Below are positions 20,554-30,856 of a stretch of 64,000 nt of DNA, piece by piece (positions within the stretch are counted from its first letter, which is position 1; each line of letters opens with the position of its first letter). Both the position numbers and the translations under genes were made by a program. Origin of the DNA: Candidatus Kapaibacterium sp. (lineage in GTDB: Bacteria > Bacteroidota > Ignavibacteria > Kapaibacteriales > UBA2268). Below the pieces are notes generated by a model. That model worked only from the letters and a program-made list of their open reading frames with translations, was not told the origin of the DNA and searched no databases. Where the stretch lies: positions 1,408,001 through 1,472,000 of the forward strand of contig OY761611.1 of NCBI GenBank assembly GCA_963664875.1, given 5' to 3'.

Positions 20554-20679
20554 TTATATAAAGAATTGTTATTCTCTGTTTATTTGCTTGTGAGTTTGAT
20601 CACAAAAATTGTTTTACTCTTTTTAATTGACTGTGCTTCCTGTTTTCAAAGAACGCCGATTCGCATTCAATTGCAAGTT

Positions 20680-21085
20680 CAAAATTAAGAACTTTTTCTG
20701 TTCTTCACAAATTAATATTTAAAAACTTAATCAGCCTCTTCAATATTAACTCGCCTTCATTACCTGCTTTCTTAGAACGTCTTTTCTTTCCCTTCATCGC
20801 GGGACAGAATTCAAAACTACGGACTTTTTTTTAAATCTCCAAATTTTATTTTTCGATTTTTTTCCGCCTCATAGTGCTGAAGTTTGATCTCGCGCATCAC
20901 CGAAAAGAACTCTTAACATCACCCCGTTTTCAAGGGGACACAAAATTACGAAATCTCTCAACAAACACCAAATGTTTTTTTCAACTTTTTTTCGCCTGCT
21001 CTAAGAGATTTGTAAAAGAACTGTTAACTTCTGCCCTCATTTCTTAAGGGATACAAATATATCCTTTTTCCCTTTTCTGTGCAAG
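20680..21085 (-). promoter_or_regulatory. Four tandem Bacteroidota-type promoters of rRNA operon 2
   Basis: (T/C)TTG-N20-TAnnTTTG at 20680-20711, 20812-20843, 20941-20972, 21054-21085. Confidence 0.8.
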
Positions 21086-21236
21086 CTTTTTTTTGACTTT
21101 TTCTGCGTTTTTGTCCAAAGAATTGAACAAATTTTTCCGTATATTTATAATATAGGACAAGTGCAATTTTGATTTAGATATTCCTACAAAATTCATAAGC
21201 CTTACTAATTTGACGAACTCATACTCAGAGGTTGAA

Positions 21237-22094
21237 ATGATCAAAAGGATTTTAGTACCATTAGATGCCTCGCTTTATTGCGAAAAGTCAATCGAACAAG
21301 CCATTACAGTTGCAAAAATTCACGACGCTGAAATCACAGGGCTGGTAATTCTTGATATTAAAGGTATAAACAAATCTGTTGGTCCGGTACCTGCAGGAGC
21401 TGCTTACTACGCAAAAAAATTAGAAAAGAACAAAGTCAAAGTTGCAGATAATCTAATCAAAAGTCTGCTCAATAAGTTTGAAGAAAAATGTAAAGATGCA
21501 AAAGCCAAATATCTCATCCATGAGAGACAAGGTCTTCCCAGCAAAAAGATATTGGAAGAATCTATGTTCTACGACTTACTTGTGATTGGTAAAAAGACTT
21601 ATTACGAGTTTGATGCAGACAAAGATAAAGGCGGAGCTTCTTTCGAAGAAATTTTGGATCATAGTATCACTCCAATACTGACTGTTCCGGCTAACTTTCA
21701 TGCCCCAAATCTTGAAAAATCTAATGTAAAAGTACTGATTTCTTATGATGGCAGCCTTCCTTGTAGCAGGAGTGTCCAAAGGTTTGCTCAGCTTGCCGGG
21801 CTTGTTGGTAAAAATATCGAAATTCATGTAGTAATGTCGCATGACAATGAGAAACTTGCCGGTCACTATCTGATGGATATAAAGAAATACCTAAAGGCAC
21901 ATAATTTCAATAATGTGCACACAGTATATACTCCTGAGAACGTAAAGAAATTTATTGGAAACAATTATTTAGATTGGGCAGATATGTATGTTTTGGGAGC
22001 TCACTCTCAAAAAGGTCTTACAGAATATCTGACCGGTTCATATACAAAATATCTGATAAACAATACAAACGCACCAATTTTTATTGGGCAATAA
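21237..22094 (+). CDS. Universal stress protein (tandem UspA domains)
   Basis: KRILVPLDAS, DLLVIG, second domain SYDGS...VLGAHS...GS; ATG 21237 with GAGG SD preferred over TTG 21210. Confidence 0.88.
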   Translation: MIKRILVPLDASLYCEKSIEQAITVAKIHDAEITGLVILDIKGINKSVGPVPAGAAYYAKKLEKNKVKVADNLIKSLLNKFEEKCKDAKAKYLIHERQGLPSKKILEESMFYDLLVIGKKTYYEFDADKDKGGASFEEILDHSITPILTVPANFHAPNLEKSNVKVLISYDGSLPCSRSVQRFAQLAGLVGKNIEIHVVMSHDNEKLAGHYLMDIKKYLKAHNFNNVHTVYTPENVKKFIGNNYLDWADMYVLGAHSQKGLTEYLTGSYTKYLINNTNAPIFIGQ

Positions 22095-22113
22095 ATTTTA
22101 GAAAGGGTGGCAA

Positions 22114-23034
22114 TTAGTCGCCCTTTATTATTTCTCTTAACGCTTCTACTAACGCTTCGAATCTAAATTCATACCCTGCCTTGATTAAATTGTCAGGATA
22201 TACTTTTTGCCCCTCTAATACCATAGATGCCATCTCACCCATTATAATCTTTAATATAAATGATGGAACAGGTAATAGATTAGGTCTTCTCATAATTTTT
22301 GCTAAAGCTTTAGAAAACTTTGCCATATATACTGCATCAGGAGCTACCAAATTAAATACGTCTTCTTTAGGTGTGGTTTCTATAATGTAAATTATCGCCT
22401 TTACTATATCTTCTATATGAATCCATGGAACGTACTGTTTGCCTGAGCCAATTTGACCTCCTACGAAAAATTTATAAGGTAGCATCATTTTTTCAAGTGC
22501 GCCTCCATTTTCGCTAAGAACTACTCCAATTCTTATGATTTTTGTATCAACTTTAGAGCTTTTAGTTGCATTTTCCCACATTTCACATACATCACTCAAA
22601 AAACTTACGCCTTTAGAGGCGTTCTCAGGCACTTTTTCCGATACATTACCATAATACCCTACTGCAGAGGCTGAAATAAAGAGACTCACTTTCGAATTAT
22701 CTCCACATAAATCATTGGCAAGATATTCTGTCCCATTTACTCTTGAGTTTATAATTTTTGTTTTGATATCCTCGCTCCAGCGGCTCTGGGCAATTGGATA
22801 ACCTGCGAGATTTATTATAGAATAAGACTCGCCTTTAAACACACGCTCTACATCATCGCGAATATCATGAGGATACTCAGAATCCCAAATGATACATTCG
22901 GTTTTAACATCGTCAATTTTATTTACTTTTTTTCTACTAAGGAGGACTATATTATATCCTAAATGATTTAATTGTCGAACGAGTGCTTTTCCTATCAAAC
23001 CGGTGCCGCCGGTAATTAGAATATTCTTTGTCAT
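22114..23034 (-). CDS. TIGR01777-family NAD-dependent epimerase/oxidoreductase (YfcH-like)
   Basis: ITGGTGLIG, INLAG, SASAVGYYG, GSGKQYVPWIHIED. Confidence 0.9.
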   Translation of the reverse strand: MTKNILITGGTGLIGKALVRQLNHLGYNIVLLSRKKVNKIDDVKTECIIWDSEYPHDIRDDVERVFKGESYSIINLAGYPIAQSRWSEDIKTKIINSRVNGTEYLANDLCGDNSKVSLFISASAVGYYGNVSEKVPENASKGVSFLSDVCEMWENATKSSKVDTKIIRIGVVLSENGGALEKMMLPYKFFVGGQIGSGKQYVPWIHIEDIVKAIIYIIETTPKEDVFNLVAPDAVYMAKFSKALAKIMRRPNLLPVPSFILKIIMGEMASMVLEGQKVYPDNLIKAGYEFRFEALVEALREIIKGD

Positions 23035-23096
23035 GACACAGCCTAATATTTGTTACCATTATAAACCGACGAAGCAATTTCCATAAAATTAGGCAC

Positions 23097-23129
23097 AAAA
23101 AAAGCGTAGTCAGAATAAACTACGCTTTT
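23097..23129 (-). terminator. Terminator of rpsF-rplI
   Basis: AAAAAAAGCGTAGT...ACTACGCTTTT. Confidence 0.75.
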
Positions 23130-23162
23130 ATCAAAAATTTTGCTTATGATTCTAAGTGATGA

Positions 23163-23612
23163 CTACTCGTCTTCGTTTATAACCCAAACTTTTAGAGTAG
23201 CGATAACTTCAGGGTGAAGTTTAACTTTAACATCAAATACACCCAATGATTTGATAGCATCTTCGATAACGATATTTCTTTTATCGATATCATAGCCTTT
23301 AAGAGCAAGCTCTTGACCAATCATTTGTGGAGTAACAGAACCATAGAGACGACCTTCTTCGCCGACTTTCATAGCGATACTGATCTGAACATCAACGATT
23401 TTCTCAGCCAATGCTTCGGCTTTACCTTTTTCCTCTTCCATACGTTTGAGGTATTGTCTTTTCTCAGCTTCAAGGCGTTTCATAGCACCATCAGTAGCAA
23501 GATAAGCGTATCCTCTAGGGATAAGGTAGTTTCTGGCATAGCCGTCTTTTACGTTAAGGATGTCACCCATAACACCGAGTTTATCAACATCTTGGCGCAA
23601 AATGACTTTCAT
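23163..23612 (-). CDS. rplI: 50S ribosomal protein L9
   Basis: MKVIL..DV.KLG..GD...VKDGYARNYLIP; LYGSVT. Confidence 0.98.
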   Translation of the reverse strand: MKVILRQDVDKLGVMGDILNVKDGYARNYLIPRGYAYLATDGAMKRLEAEKRQYLKRMEEEKGKAEALAEKIVDVQISIAMKVGEEGRLYGSVTPQMIGQELALKGYDIDKRNIVIEDAIKSLGVFDVKVKLHPEVIATLKVWVINEDE

Positions 23613-23665
23613 TATTTCTATCCCTCAGTTAAATTTTTATCAAATTATACTTGTGATGCTCATGC

Positions 23666-24085
23666 TTACGCATCAACTTCATTTTTATCGGCTGCTTTTT
23701 TTTCTTCTGCTTTTGCATTTTCTTCAGCAGCAGCTGCAGCTTCTTCTCTACCGGCAGAAAGCTCTCTTTCTTTTCTGAATTCTTTGAGTTTATCAGGCAA
23801 TACAAGAGTCAAATGACGTAACACTGTATCTTCAAGATCTAAGAATCTTTCCAATACAGGTACAGAGCTTGGCATTGTTTCAAAAGATACATAGATATAA
23901 AAACCATTGTATTTTTTGTTGATTGGATAAGCCAAACGTCTGCGACCCCATTTGTTGATCTCCAATACTTCACCGCCATGATTTTCGATATAGCCTTTAA
24001 CTTTAGTCAAGACTGTTTCGATATCCGCATCTTCGAGAGCAGCATTTACTATAAATGTAGTCTCATATACACGGCGTATGCTCAT
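23666..24085 (-). CDS. rpsF: 30S ribosomal protein S6
   Basis: YETTFIV, WGRRRLAYPINK...G.Y, VLRHL. Confidence 0.98.
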   Translation of the reverse strand: MSIRRVYETTFIVNAALEDADIETVLTKVKGYIENHGGEVLEINKWGRRRLAYPINKKYNGFYIYVSFETMPSSVPVLERFLDLEDTVLRHLTLVLPDKLKEFRKERELSAGREEAAAAAEENAKAEEKKAADKNEVDA

Positions 24086-24551
24086 TGTTTACTCCTAAAA
24101 ATATTAAATTGATTTCGTCCCGCCTGCGCTTTTTGCAAGGGGGTTCAGATACAAAGCGACAAATATACCACATATTTGTCAAATTTGCAACTCTTTTTGA
24201 CAATGTGCAGATTATTTGGAGGAATGTTACCGATAGCAACTACAAATATAATAATAATTGAGAACTTCTCAAATTATTTTAGAGTTTTTTATGCTATCCA
24301 TTACTTTCTTCCCAGCGTTCCGACTTGTATTGCAATTTCATATAATTAAAGAACTTAGCTATTTGCTTTATTCTTAGTGCTGTATTTATTTTTTATGAAA
24401 TTTAGTGGTAAGTTTACTTTTTTCATCACTTGTTTTGAATATTTGACTATATTTGTTCTCTATAATAATAGCATATCCCGTTTAGCAATATTAACTTAGC
24501 TTTCGGGAGCAAGTAAAACTCCAGCATTATCAATTATCTCAGGTGCGTATC

Positions 24552-25931
24552 ATGGTAGAAGGTACTCTTAACACGAATGAAAATGTACAACAAAATGTTG
24601 ACAACCAAGAAAATATGAATGTTGAACCTAAAACTGAAGAAGTACAGCAAGAAGCTGCTCAGGAAATGACTGCTTCCACACCTGAGGTAAACTCCGAATC
24701 TCCGGCTGAAGCTAAGCAAAAACACTACGAAGAACTCTTCGAAAAACTCAAAGATTGCAGCGTTAACGGAAAATCTTTTGATGTTAAAGTTTCTGCTCGC
24801 ATTCGTGGTGGTCTTCGCGTTATGTTCGAAGATATGCCTCTTTTCCTTCCTGCTTCTCATTTCTGTTTGAAAAAGAATCCGACAGAAGACGAACTTGCTG
24901 CTTACATCGGCAAAGATGTTACAGTTATGATTCACGAGCTTCAAGAAGAAGAAAACAGAAAAACTGTTATCGTTAGCAGAAAAAAACTTTTAGAAGAAGA
25001 TTTCTGGAGCAATATCAAAGTTGGCGATAAAGTAAAAGGTAGTGTGTCTTCTATAGCTAAATTCGGTATTTTTATCGATCTTGGTGGCATCGAAGGTCTA
25101 ATCCATATTTCAAGACTTTCTCAAATGCACATTGGCGACCCTAAAGATGTAGCTAAAAAAGGCGATGAATTGGAAGCTGTAGTTGTTGAAATCGATCGAG
25201 AAAACAGCAGAATCGCTCTCAGCAGAAAAGAATTAGAACCATCTCCTTGGTCAGGCATCACTCAAGAATTCGAAATCGGCTCTGTTCATAAAGGTATCGT
25301 TCGCAGATTTACTGACTTCGGTGCTTATATTGAATTAAGAAAAGGCATTGACGGTCTTTTGAGAAACAGCGAGCTTTCTTGGACTAAACGCATCCAAAAA
25401 CCTGCTGCTATTCTCGAAAAAAATCAGGAAATCGAAGTTAAAGTTGTTGCTATTTCAGAAGAAAAGCAAACTATGGCTCTTAGCGTCAAACAGCTTAGCG
25501 ACAATCCTTGGCCGGCGATGAAAGAAAAATTTGAAGTAGGCTCAGAACTTAATGGTACTATTTCTCAGGTAGTTCAGCAAGGTATCGTTGTTACTGTAGA
25601 TGGAGATATCGATGGTTTTATGCCTCGCAGCAAAATGACTCATATCCCTCGCGGTGCTAAGTTGCCTTATAACGTAGGCGATGCTATCGAAGTGTTGGTT
25701 GCTGATTTAGTGATTGACGAAGAGTCTCTCATTTTACAACCAAAATTGAGCGAAGAACAAATCGCTTCTGCTTCTAACGACTCAGAACAACGCGATAGAA
25801 GACCTCGTGCTCCTAAAAAATCTGTTACTCCTGAATCTGCTAAAGCAAGTGCTGCCGGCAGTTCTTTCTCAATCGGTGATTTGCTCTCTGAAGCATCTAA
25901 AACTGATTTAATGAAAAAAGTTAACAACTAA
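24552..25931 (+). CDS. S1 RNA-binding domain protein (ribosomal protein S1-like, 4 domains)
   Basis: FLPASH, FGIFIDLGGIEGLIHIS, FGAYIEL..GIDGL...ELSW, IDGFMP repeats; C-terminal FSIGDLL. Confidence 0.85.
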   Translation: MVEGTLNTNENVQQNVDNQENMNVEPKTEEVQQEAAQEMTASTPEVNSESPAEAKQKHYEELFEKLKDCSVNGKSFDVKVSARIRGGLRVMFEDMPLFLPASHFCLKKNPTEDELAAYIGKDVTVMIHELQEEENRKTVIVSRKKLLEEDFWSNIKVGDKVKGSVSSIAKFGIFIDLGGIEGLIHISRLSQMHIGDPKDVAKKGDELEAVVVEIDRENSRIALSRKELEPSPWSGITQEFEIGSVHKGIVRRFTDFGAYIELRKGIDGLLRNSELSWTKRIQKPAAILEKNQEIEVKVVAISEEKQTMALSVKQLSDNPWPAMKEKFEVGSELNGTISQVVQQGIVVTVDGDIDGFMPRSKMTHIPRGAKLPYNVGDAIEVLVADLVIDEESLILQPKLSEEQIASASNDSEQRDRRPRAPKKSVTPESAKASAAGSSFSIGDLLSEASKTDLMKKVNN

Positions 25932-25950
25932 TATAAAAATATCCCGTATT

Positions 25951-25985
25951 AAACCGATACATAATATTTGTATCGGTTTTTTTTT
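25951..25985 (+). terminator. Terminator after S1-like gene
   Basis: AAACCGATACA...TGTATCGGTTT + T-run. Confidence 0.8.
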
Positions 25986-26200
25986 GTCCGACAGAGAATT
26001 ACGAAAAACATCTTTACTTATTGAAGTACTTGTTTTTTTTTGCAAATTAGGATATTCTTTACATTTTCTGTTGAACTTAAAACATTCCTGTCAGTACATA
26101 CATAGATACAATTATTCCCTTTCAATTTGGGATATTGGTTTATTTTCTTTGAAAAAATACGTATATTATTCTTTTATAAATTTTGCGATTTATACCTTTT

Positions 26201-26935
26201 ATGGGCAAATATTTATCTCATATTTTTTGTTTTGCTTTAGCTGTTGCTTATTTTTCTTTGAATGCGACTGCTCAGCAGCAAGATTTCAGACCTCTGAAAA
26301 AGCCAAATACAGACTCTTTAAATACCGGGAGGGACAGTTCCGGGGTTACCTCCCCTTCTGCCTCTGATAATGATTTCACATCGCAGCAGGATAGTGCTTT
26401 TTTTACTGCTATGAATCTTAGAATTCCTACCGGTTCACGTCTGCAATACGATTTGGCTCTATCGGAAAGTGCCTGGAGATTGCAAAAAGATATTGAAAAC
26501 GGTTCGCCTTGGCAAATTGCTATCAATAATATCAGGGCTATCCCTCGTGAGTATTTCGCTCCCGATCCGGCTGATGTTTATAATCACGAATATAACATAA
26601 AACAGGCTCTTAGCGTTCCTTATATGAATACATATAACCCGTATGGATTGAAAATTCCTTTGGGTGCTATTGGCAAACTTTTGGGCTTAGTGCAGGATGT
26701 TTCTCCAAAGATGGCTTTCGAATTAGACTATAATGCTGAGGTAGAAATCGTAATTTATTCTGTGCAGGCATCTGTAGTCGCTACCATCTTTAAGGGCTCC
26801 AAAAAACCCGGGTATCACACATATACATGGAACGGCAGAAATGATCAAGGCAAGAAAATGCCTCCGGGCGACTATATTGGCGAAATTCGAATCGGTAACA
26901 GAAAATACATCAGAAAACGAATTGTAATATACTAA
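26201..26935 (+). CDS. Secreted protein with C-terminal FlgD Ig-like domain
   Basis: Signal peptide (ATA-QQ); IVIYS..G.H.YTWNGRNDQGKKMPPGDY. Confidence 0.7.
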   Translation: MGKYLSHIFCFALAVAYFSLNATAQQQDFRPLKKPNTDSLNTGRDSSGVTSPSASDNDFTSQQDSAFFTAMNLRIPTGSRLQYDLALSESAWRLQKDIENGSPWQIAINNIRAIPREYFAPDPADVYNHEYNIKQALSVPYMNTYNPYGLKIPLGAIGKLLGLVQDVSPKMAFELDYNAEVEIVIYSVQASVVATIFKGSKKPGYHTYTWNGRNDQGKKMPPGDYIGEIRIGNRKYIRKRIVIY

Positions 26936-26982
26936 TAGCTGAATAAAATGGGGTATAATCATGATATTGTACCTCATTTTTT

Positions 26983-28413
26983 TTACTTTGCGATGTTGCT
27001 CGCCATACCGTCAAATACAAAATGATGAAATGGCAACACTGCATACCAGTATAGTCTTCCCAATAATCCATTCGGTCTAAAAGTCGCTGTTTGCTGCAGA
27101 TAAGTCTTATCGTCTTTTTTGATTAGTTCGAACTCAAGCCATGCTTCGCCGGGTAGCTTCATCTCTGCATATAAAAGAAGACGCTTTCTCTCTTTGTTAG
27201 CAACTATAACTCTCCAAAAATCGAGAGCATCGCCTGCATTTATTTCATGGCGGTTTGTTCTGCCTCGTCGAAGTCCGACTCCTCCCCATACTTTGTCTAA
27301 AAAGCCTCTGACAGACCAAAGCCAATCCGCATAATACCAGCCGGTATCACCTCCTATGCTCCAGAGTTTATTCATAGTTTGCGTAATATCTTTCACTTCC
27401 TTTCTGCGAAAATCCTTGAATGTGCCAAACTCAGGAACCTTGAGTACTTTGTCAATATGCGAGTATTTTGTGTCACTATTTATAGAGTCTTTCCATGATG
27501 AAAGCACATTGTCCTGCTCAATTTTTTTGAAAGCAAGAGCGACTGCATCTTTGTAACTGATAAGCTCCAAGTCAATCAAATCTTTTATCTTTCGCTCTCC
27601 GCAGACAACATCTATCTTCATAGAATTAACTAAATTGACTGCTAATGGGTAAGACGTTGATGTAATGAAATATAGCCAATAAGAAGAAAGTCGAGGTGTC
27701 ATAATCGGTAGAGCAAGTATCTTGCGACGCAAACCTCTGACATCTGCATATTGTAGCAACATTTCTTTGTATGTTAGCACATCATCGCTCCCTATGTCAA
27801 AGCTTTTGCCGTAAAACCTTTCGTCCAATGGAATTTTTGTAAGATATTCGATTACATTCCTAACAGCTATCGGCTGGCACCTGCTTTTTAGCCAACGGGG
27901 AGTAATCATCAAAGGTAGCTTTTCGGTAATATCTCTTATAATTTCAAATGAGGCAGAACCGGAGCCAATTATTATACCAGCCCGCAAAGTAGTAAGAGCA
28001 GAGGTAGCACTACTCAAAACGTTTTCTACATTACGGCGCGAGCGTAGATGCTCTGAAAGCTCCTCCGAATTGCTGATGCCACTCAAATATATCGTATGCT
28101 TACAATGAGTCATATTCAACAAAGAAACAAAATTTTCTGCTGCAACCGTCTCTTTTGATTCAAAATTGCTGACAGAGCTACTCATAGCATGGATAAGGAA
28201 GTAAGCGACGTCTATTTCCTTTGGCAATATATCAGGAGGATTATTCTCTAAAAAGTCAATTTCTACAAGTTTGATCCGGTTTTCAGGATAAATAGATTTG
28301 TCGAAGCGTGAAATGTCTCGCAGACAGCAATAGACTGTGTGCCCTTGTTCGATTAGTACAGGGATCAGGCGTTTACCTATATAGCCATTGGCACCGGTTA
28401 GTAGTATATTCAT
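26983..28413 (-). CDS. SDR-family oxidoreductase with DUF2867 domain (YbjT-like)
   Basis: LTGANGYIG, HLRSR, GSGSASFE, GDALDFWRV, AEMKLPGEAWLEF, GRLYWY. Confidence 0.9.
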   Translation of the reverse strand: MNILLTGANGYIGKRLIPVLIEQGHTVYCCLRDISRFDKSIYPENRIKLVEIDFLENNPPDILPKEIDVAYFLIHAMSSSVSNFESKETVAAENFVSLLNMTHCKHTIYLSGISNSEELSEHLRSRRNVENVLSSATSALTTLRAGIIIGSGSASFEIIRDITEKLPLMITPRWLKSRCQPIAVRNVIEYLTKIPLDERFYGKSFDIGSDDVLTYKEMLLQYADVRGLRRKILALPIMTPRLSSYWLYFITSTSYPLAVNLVNSMKIDVVCGERKIKDLIDLELISYKDAVALAFKKIEQDNVLSSWKDSINSDTKYSHIDKVLKVPEFGTFKDFRRKEVKDITQTMNKLWSIGGDTGWYYADWLWSVRGFLDKVWGGVGLRRGRTNRHEINAGDALDFWRVIVANKERKRLLLYAEMKLPGEAWLEFELIKKDDKTYLQQTATFRPNGLLGRLYWYAVLPFHHFVFDGMASNIAK

Positions 28414-28506
28414 ACATTAGGAGACGCATGATTAGCATATTATTGAAAAAGCGACTTACCTCTTTCAAAGTAAGCCGCAAAAATACATTTCAAATCGTCA
28501 CACTAT

Positions 28507-30723
28507 TTACTTTACTACAAACTTATGGCTATAAAGCGAGCCGTTTGCAGCGTAACTGATAAAATATACTCCCTTTGGTATTTCGCCAAGATATATTTCA
28601 GTTTCGCTACCCGTGTGATTAAAAGTAAAGTTAGTTACACCTTTTCCCGAAACATCACAGATTGAAATCAAATCCAATTCAGGAATTTCAGTGTCATGTT
28701 CTATTGTAATTGTATTGTTGCTTACAGGATTGGGATAAAGTTTATCCGAAGAGTTAAATACTATAGGCTCTTTTGTAGAAGTTTGGATAAGATCAAACAC
28801 ATAAAGACAACCGTTTTTATCTGTGTGTACAAACATGCCATTAGCTTGTTTTTTTAGATAAACACTATAAGTACGATAGGTTATATCTTTCGTATGAAAA
28901 TATAAAGTTGAAAAATCTATAAGCCCGATAGTTTCATTATCATAAAAATCATAGATTTCCATACCTTCACTAGTTGATATAAGAGCTGTAGTATCTGATA
29001 AGAAGTCATAATTGGTATCTACATACCTTTTTCCAAAGTTATAAACACTATCTTGGTCGAAATTTTTAATTAGAACTTCGGTTCCGCTTGCCCCCCAAGT
29101 AGAGTATATAATAATTTCTTTATCATACATATACCTGAATTTTTGATAATAACTAGATTTTATATCCTCTAACATTCCTATTTCTTGCAATTCTTCAGTT
29201 TGCATATCTAATTTGTATATCTTCTCAACATAATTAGTATCAGCAAGCATTACTCTTAAGCCATCTTTATGCTTAAAAATTCGAAAAGCAATTGTAGATG
29301 GTGTTGGTAATTTTATGTATGATATATCTTGTTCTCCTGTTTCAATATTATATTTTGTAATAAAACCTTTTTTACCGGCTATTAGAAACTCAGTATTAGA
29401 AATAAATTGTATATCTTCAAACATATAGCCTTCAGTTGACATATCCAATTTCTTAATCAAATTCCCATTTGTATTATCAAACACAAAAAGTGGACTTGGG
29501 ATTGATAAGTATATCAAATATTTCTCATCATCAGAAATCTCTATTGGATCTCCATCAATATTATACCCAATATCTCCATCAAAATATTGCCAATTTGTTT
29601 TACCGGTAACTAAATCTTTAGATACAATAGATCCCATTTTGTCATTATTAACTGTGATCAATGCAGAACTACTATATATTCCTAAATTATACGGAGCAGT
29701 GCTAGGACATATAAATAATGTTTCTAAACTTTCTACATCTAAAATATTAGTTTGCCCTTTAAAACTACTTTCTTCGATCAATAATCGAGTACTATCAATA
29801 AAGGATAGTTGTTCCGCACTAAAATGCAAATCGATTTCTTTCTTAGTATTCGTTTTTAGATTATATAAAGTAATTCCATTAGAACTATTTGCAGCCAGAT
29901 ATTTATTGCCGATTGACATGGAAATCTTATCCGTATCTATATATGTATCTATTGGAAGTTTATTAACTACTTGTTTTTGTACTACATCATAGATAAAAAT
30001 ATATTCTAAAGTTCTACTTCTACCATATAAATATTTACCATCTGCACTTACTTCAATATCTAATGTCCACTCTTGAATATATTGATGTAGTGGTGTAACA
30101 GCATTTGTCAATAAATTATATGAAAATACTCGACCATATATACTAGTGAAATAGACATTTTCTGAAGTATTATCACAAGCAAAAGACGATATTTCATCTT
30201 CAAATGCAAGCGAATCTGCAGTATTGGTATTAAAATCGTAAAGATATACTGTATTCATCATTTTAGCATCTGAAGGCAACCCATATGTAATATATGGTGA
30301 ATAACATAACTTATTCGCTTTCTTGTTAAATCCAAACTCAAACGTTAATCCCCCTGGATACCCTCGTAAATAAGGGATTTCTTGTATTACTTCATAGTTT
30401 TCAAGCTTGCAAACATGAAGATCGTTGTCTACAAACAAACCACTATCACCCAGTAAACAAATATTAGACAATGCTCTGTAAGGGGCTTCATATGTCGTAT
30501 CCTTGAGAAGAAATTTCTTCATATATCCAGTTTCAAGATCAACCACCATCATATATCTATGATCGCTGGTTACGTACAATTCATTTTTTATATTTGAAAA
30601 TTCTGATTGACACTTTGCTATCTCGTTACGCTTATAGATGCCTGGTAATTGCACTTTTACCTGACCGTAAGCAGTTAAAACAAAACATAAACCGAATAAT
30701 AAAACAGAGACAATTTTAATCAT
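28507..30723 (-). CDS. T9SS-sorted beta-propeller (WD40/PQQ-like) protein
   Basis: Signal peptide; propeller-like repeats; LYPNP...GVYFI...KFVVK CTD. Confidence 0.75.
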   Translation of the reverse strand: MIKIVSVLLFGLCFVLTAYGQVKVQLPGIYKRNEIAKCQSEFSNIKNELYVTSDHRYMMVVDLETGYMKKFLLKDTTYEAPYRALSNICLLGDSGLFVDNDLHVCKLENYEVIQEIPYLRGYPGGLTFEFGFNKKANKLCYSPYITYGLPSDAKMMNTVYLYDFNTNTADSLAFEDEISSFACDNTSENVYFTSIYGRVFSYNLLTNAVTPLHQYIQEWTLDIEVSADGKYLYGRSRTLEYIFIYDVVQKQVVNKLPIDTYIDTDKISMSIGNKYLAANSSNGITLYNLKTNTKKEIDLHFSAEQLSFIDSTRLLIEESSFKGQTNILDVESLETLFICPSTAPYNLGIYSSSALITVNNDKMGSIVSKDLVTGKTNWQYFDGDIGYNIDGDPIEISDDEKYLIYLSIPSPLFVFDNTNGNLIKKLDMSTEGYMFEDIQFISNTEFLIAGKKGFITKYNIETGEQDISYIKLPTPSTIAFRIFKHKDGLRVMLADTNYVEKIYKLDMQTEELQEIGMLEDIKSSYYQKFRYMYDKEIIIYSTWGASGTEVLIKNFDQDSVYNFGKRYVDTNYDFLSDTTALISTSEGMEIYDFYDNETIGLIDFSTLYFHTKDITYRTYSVYLKKQANGMFVHTDKNGCLYVFDLIQTSTKEPIVFNSSDKLYPNPVSNNTITIEHDTEIPELDLISICDVSGKGVTNFTFNHTGSETEIYLGEIPKGVYFISYAANGSLYSHKFVVK

Positions 30724-30783
30724 GATTTTGCTAAATAATAACACACTAATATTGTTTAATTCAATATAATAAATAATCCCACA

Positions 30784-30830
30784 AATAACAAACGGCTTAT
30801 TTCAAATTCTGAAATAAGCCGTTTGTTATT
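30784..30830 (-). terminator. Terminator after pepP (21-bp perfect stem)
   Basis: AATAACAAACGGCTTATTTCA-N5-TGAAATAAGCCGTTTGTTATT. Confidence 0.75.
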
Positions 30831-30856
30831 GTATTCTTAAAGATTAATAGATATCT

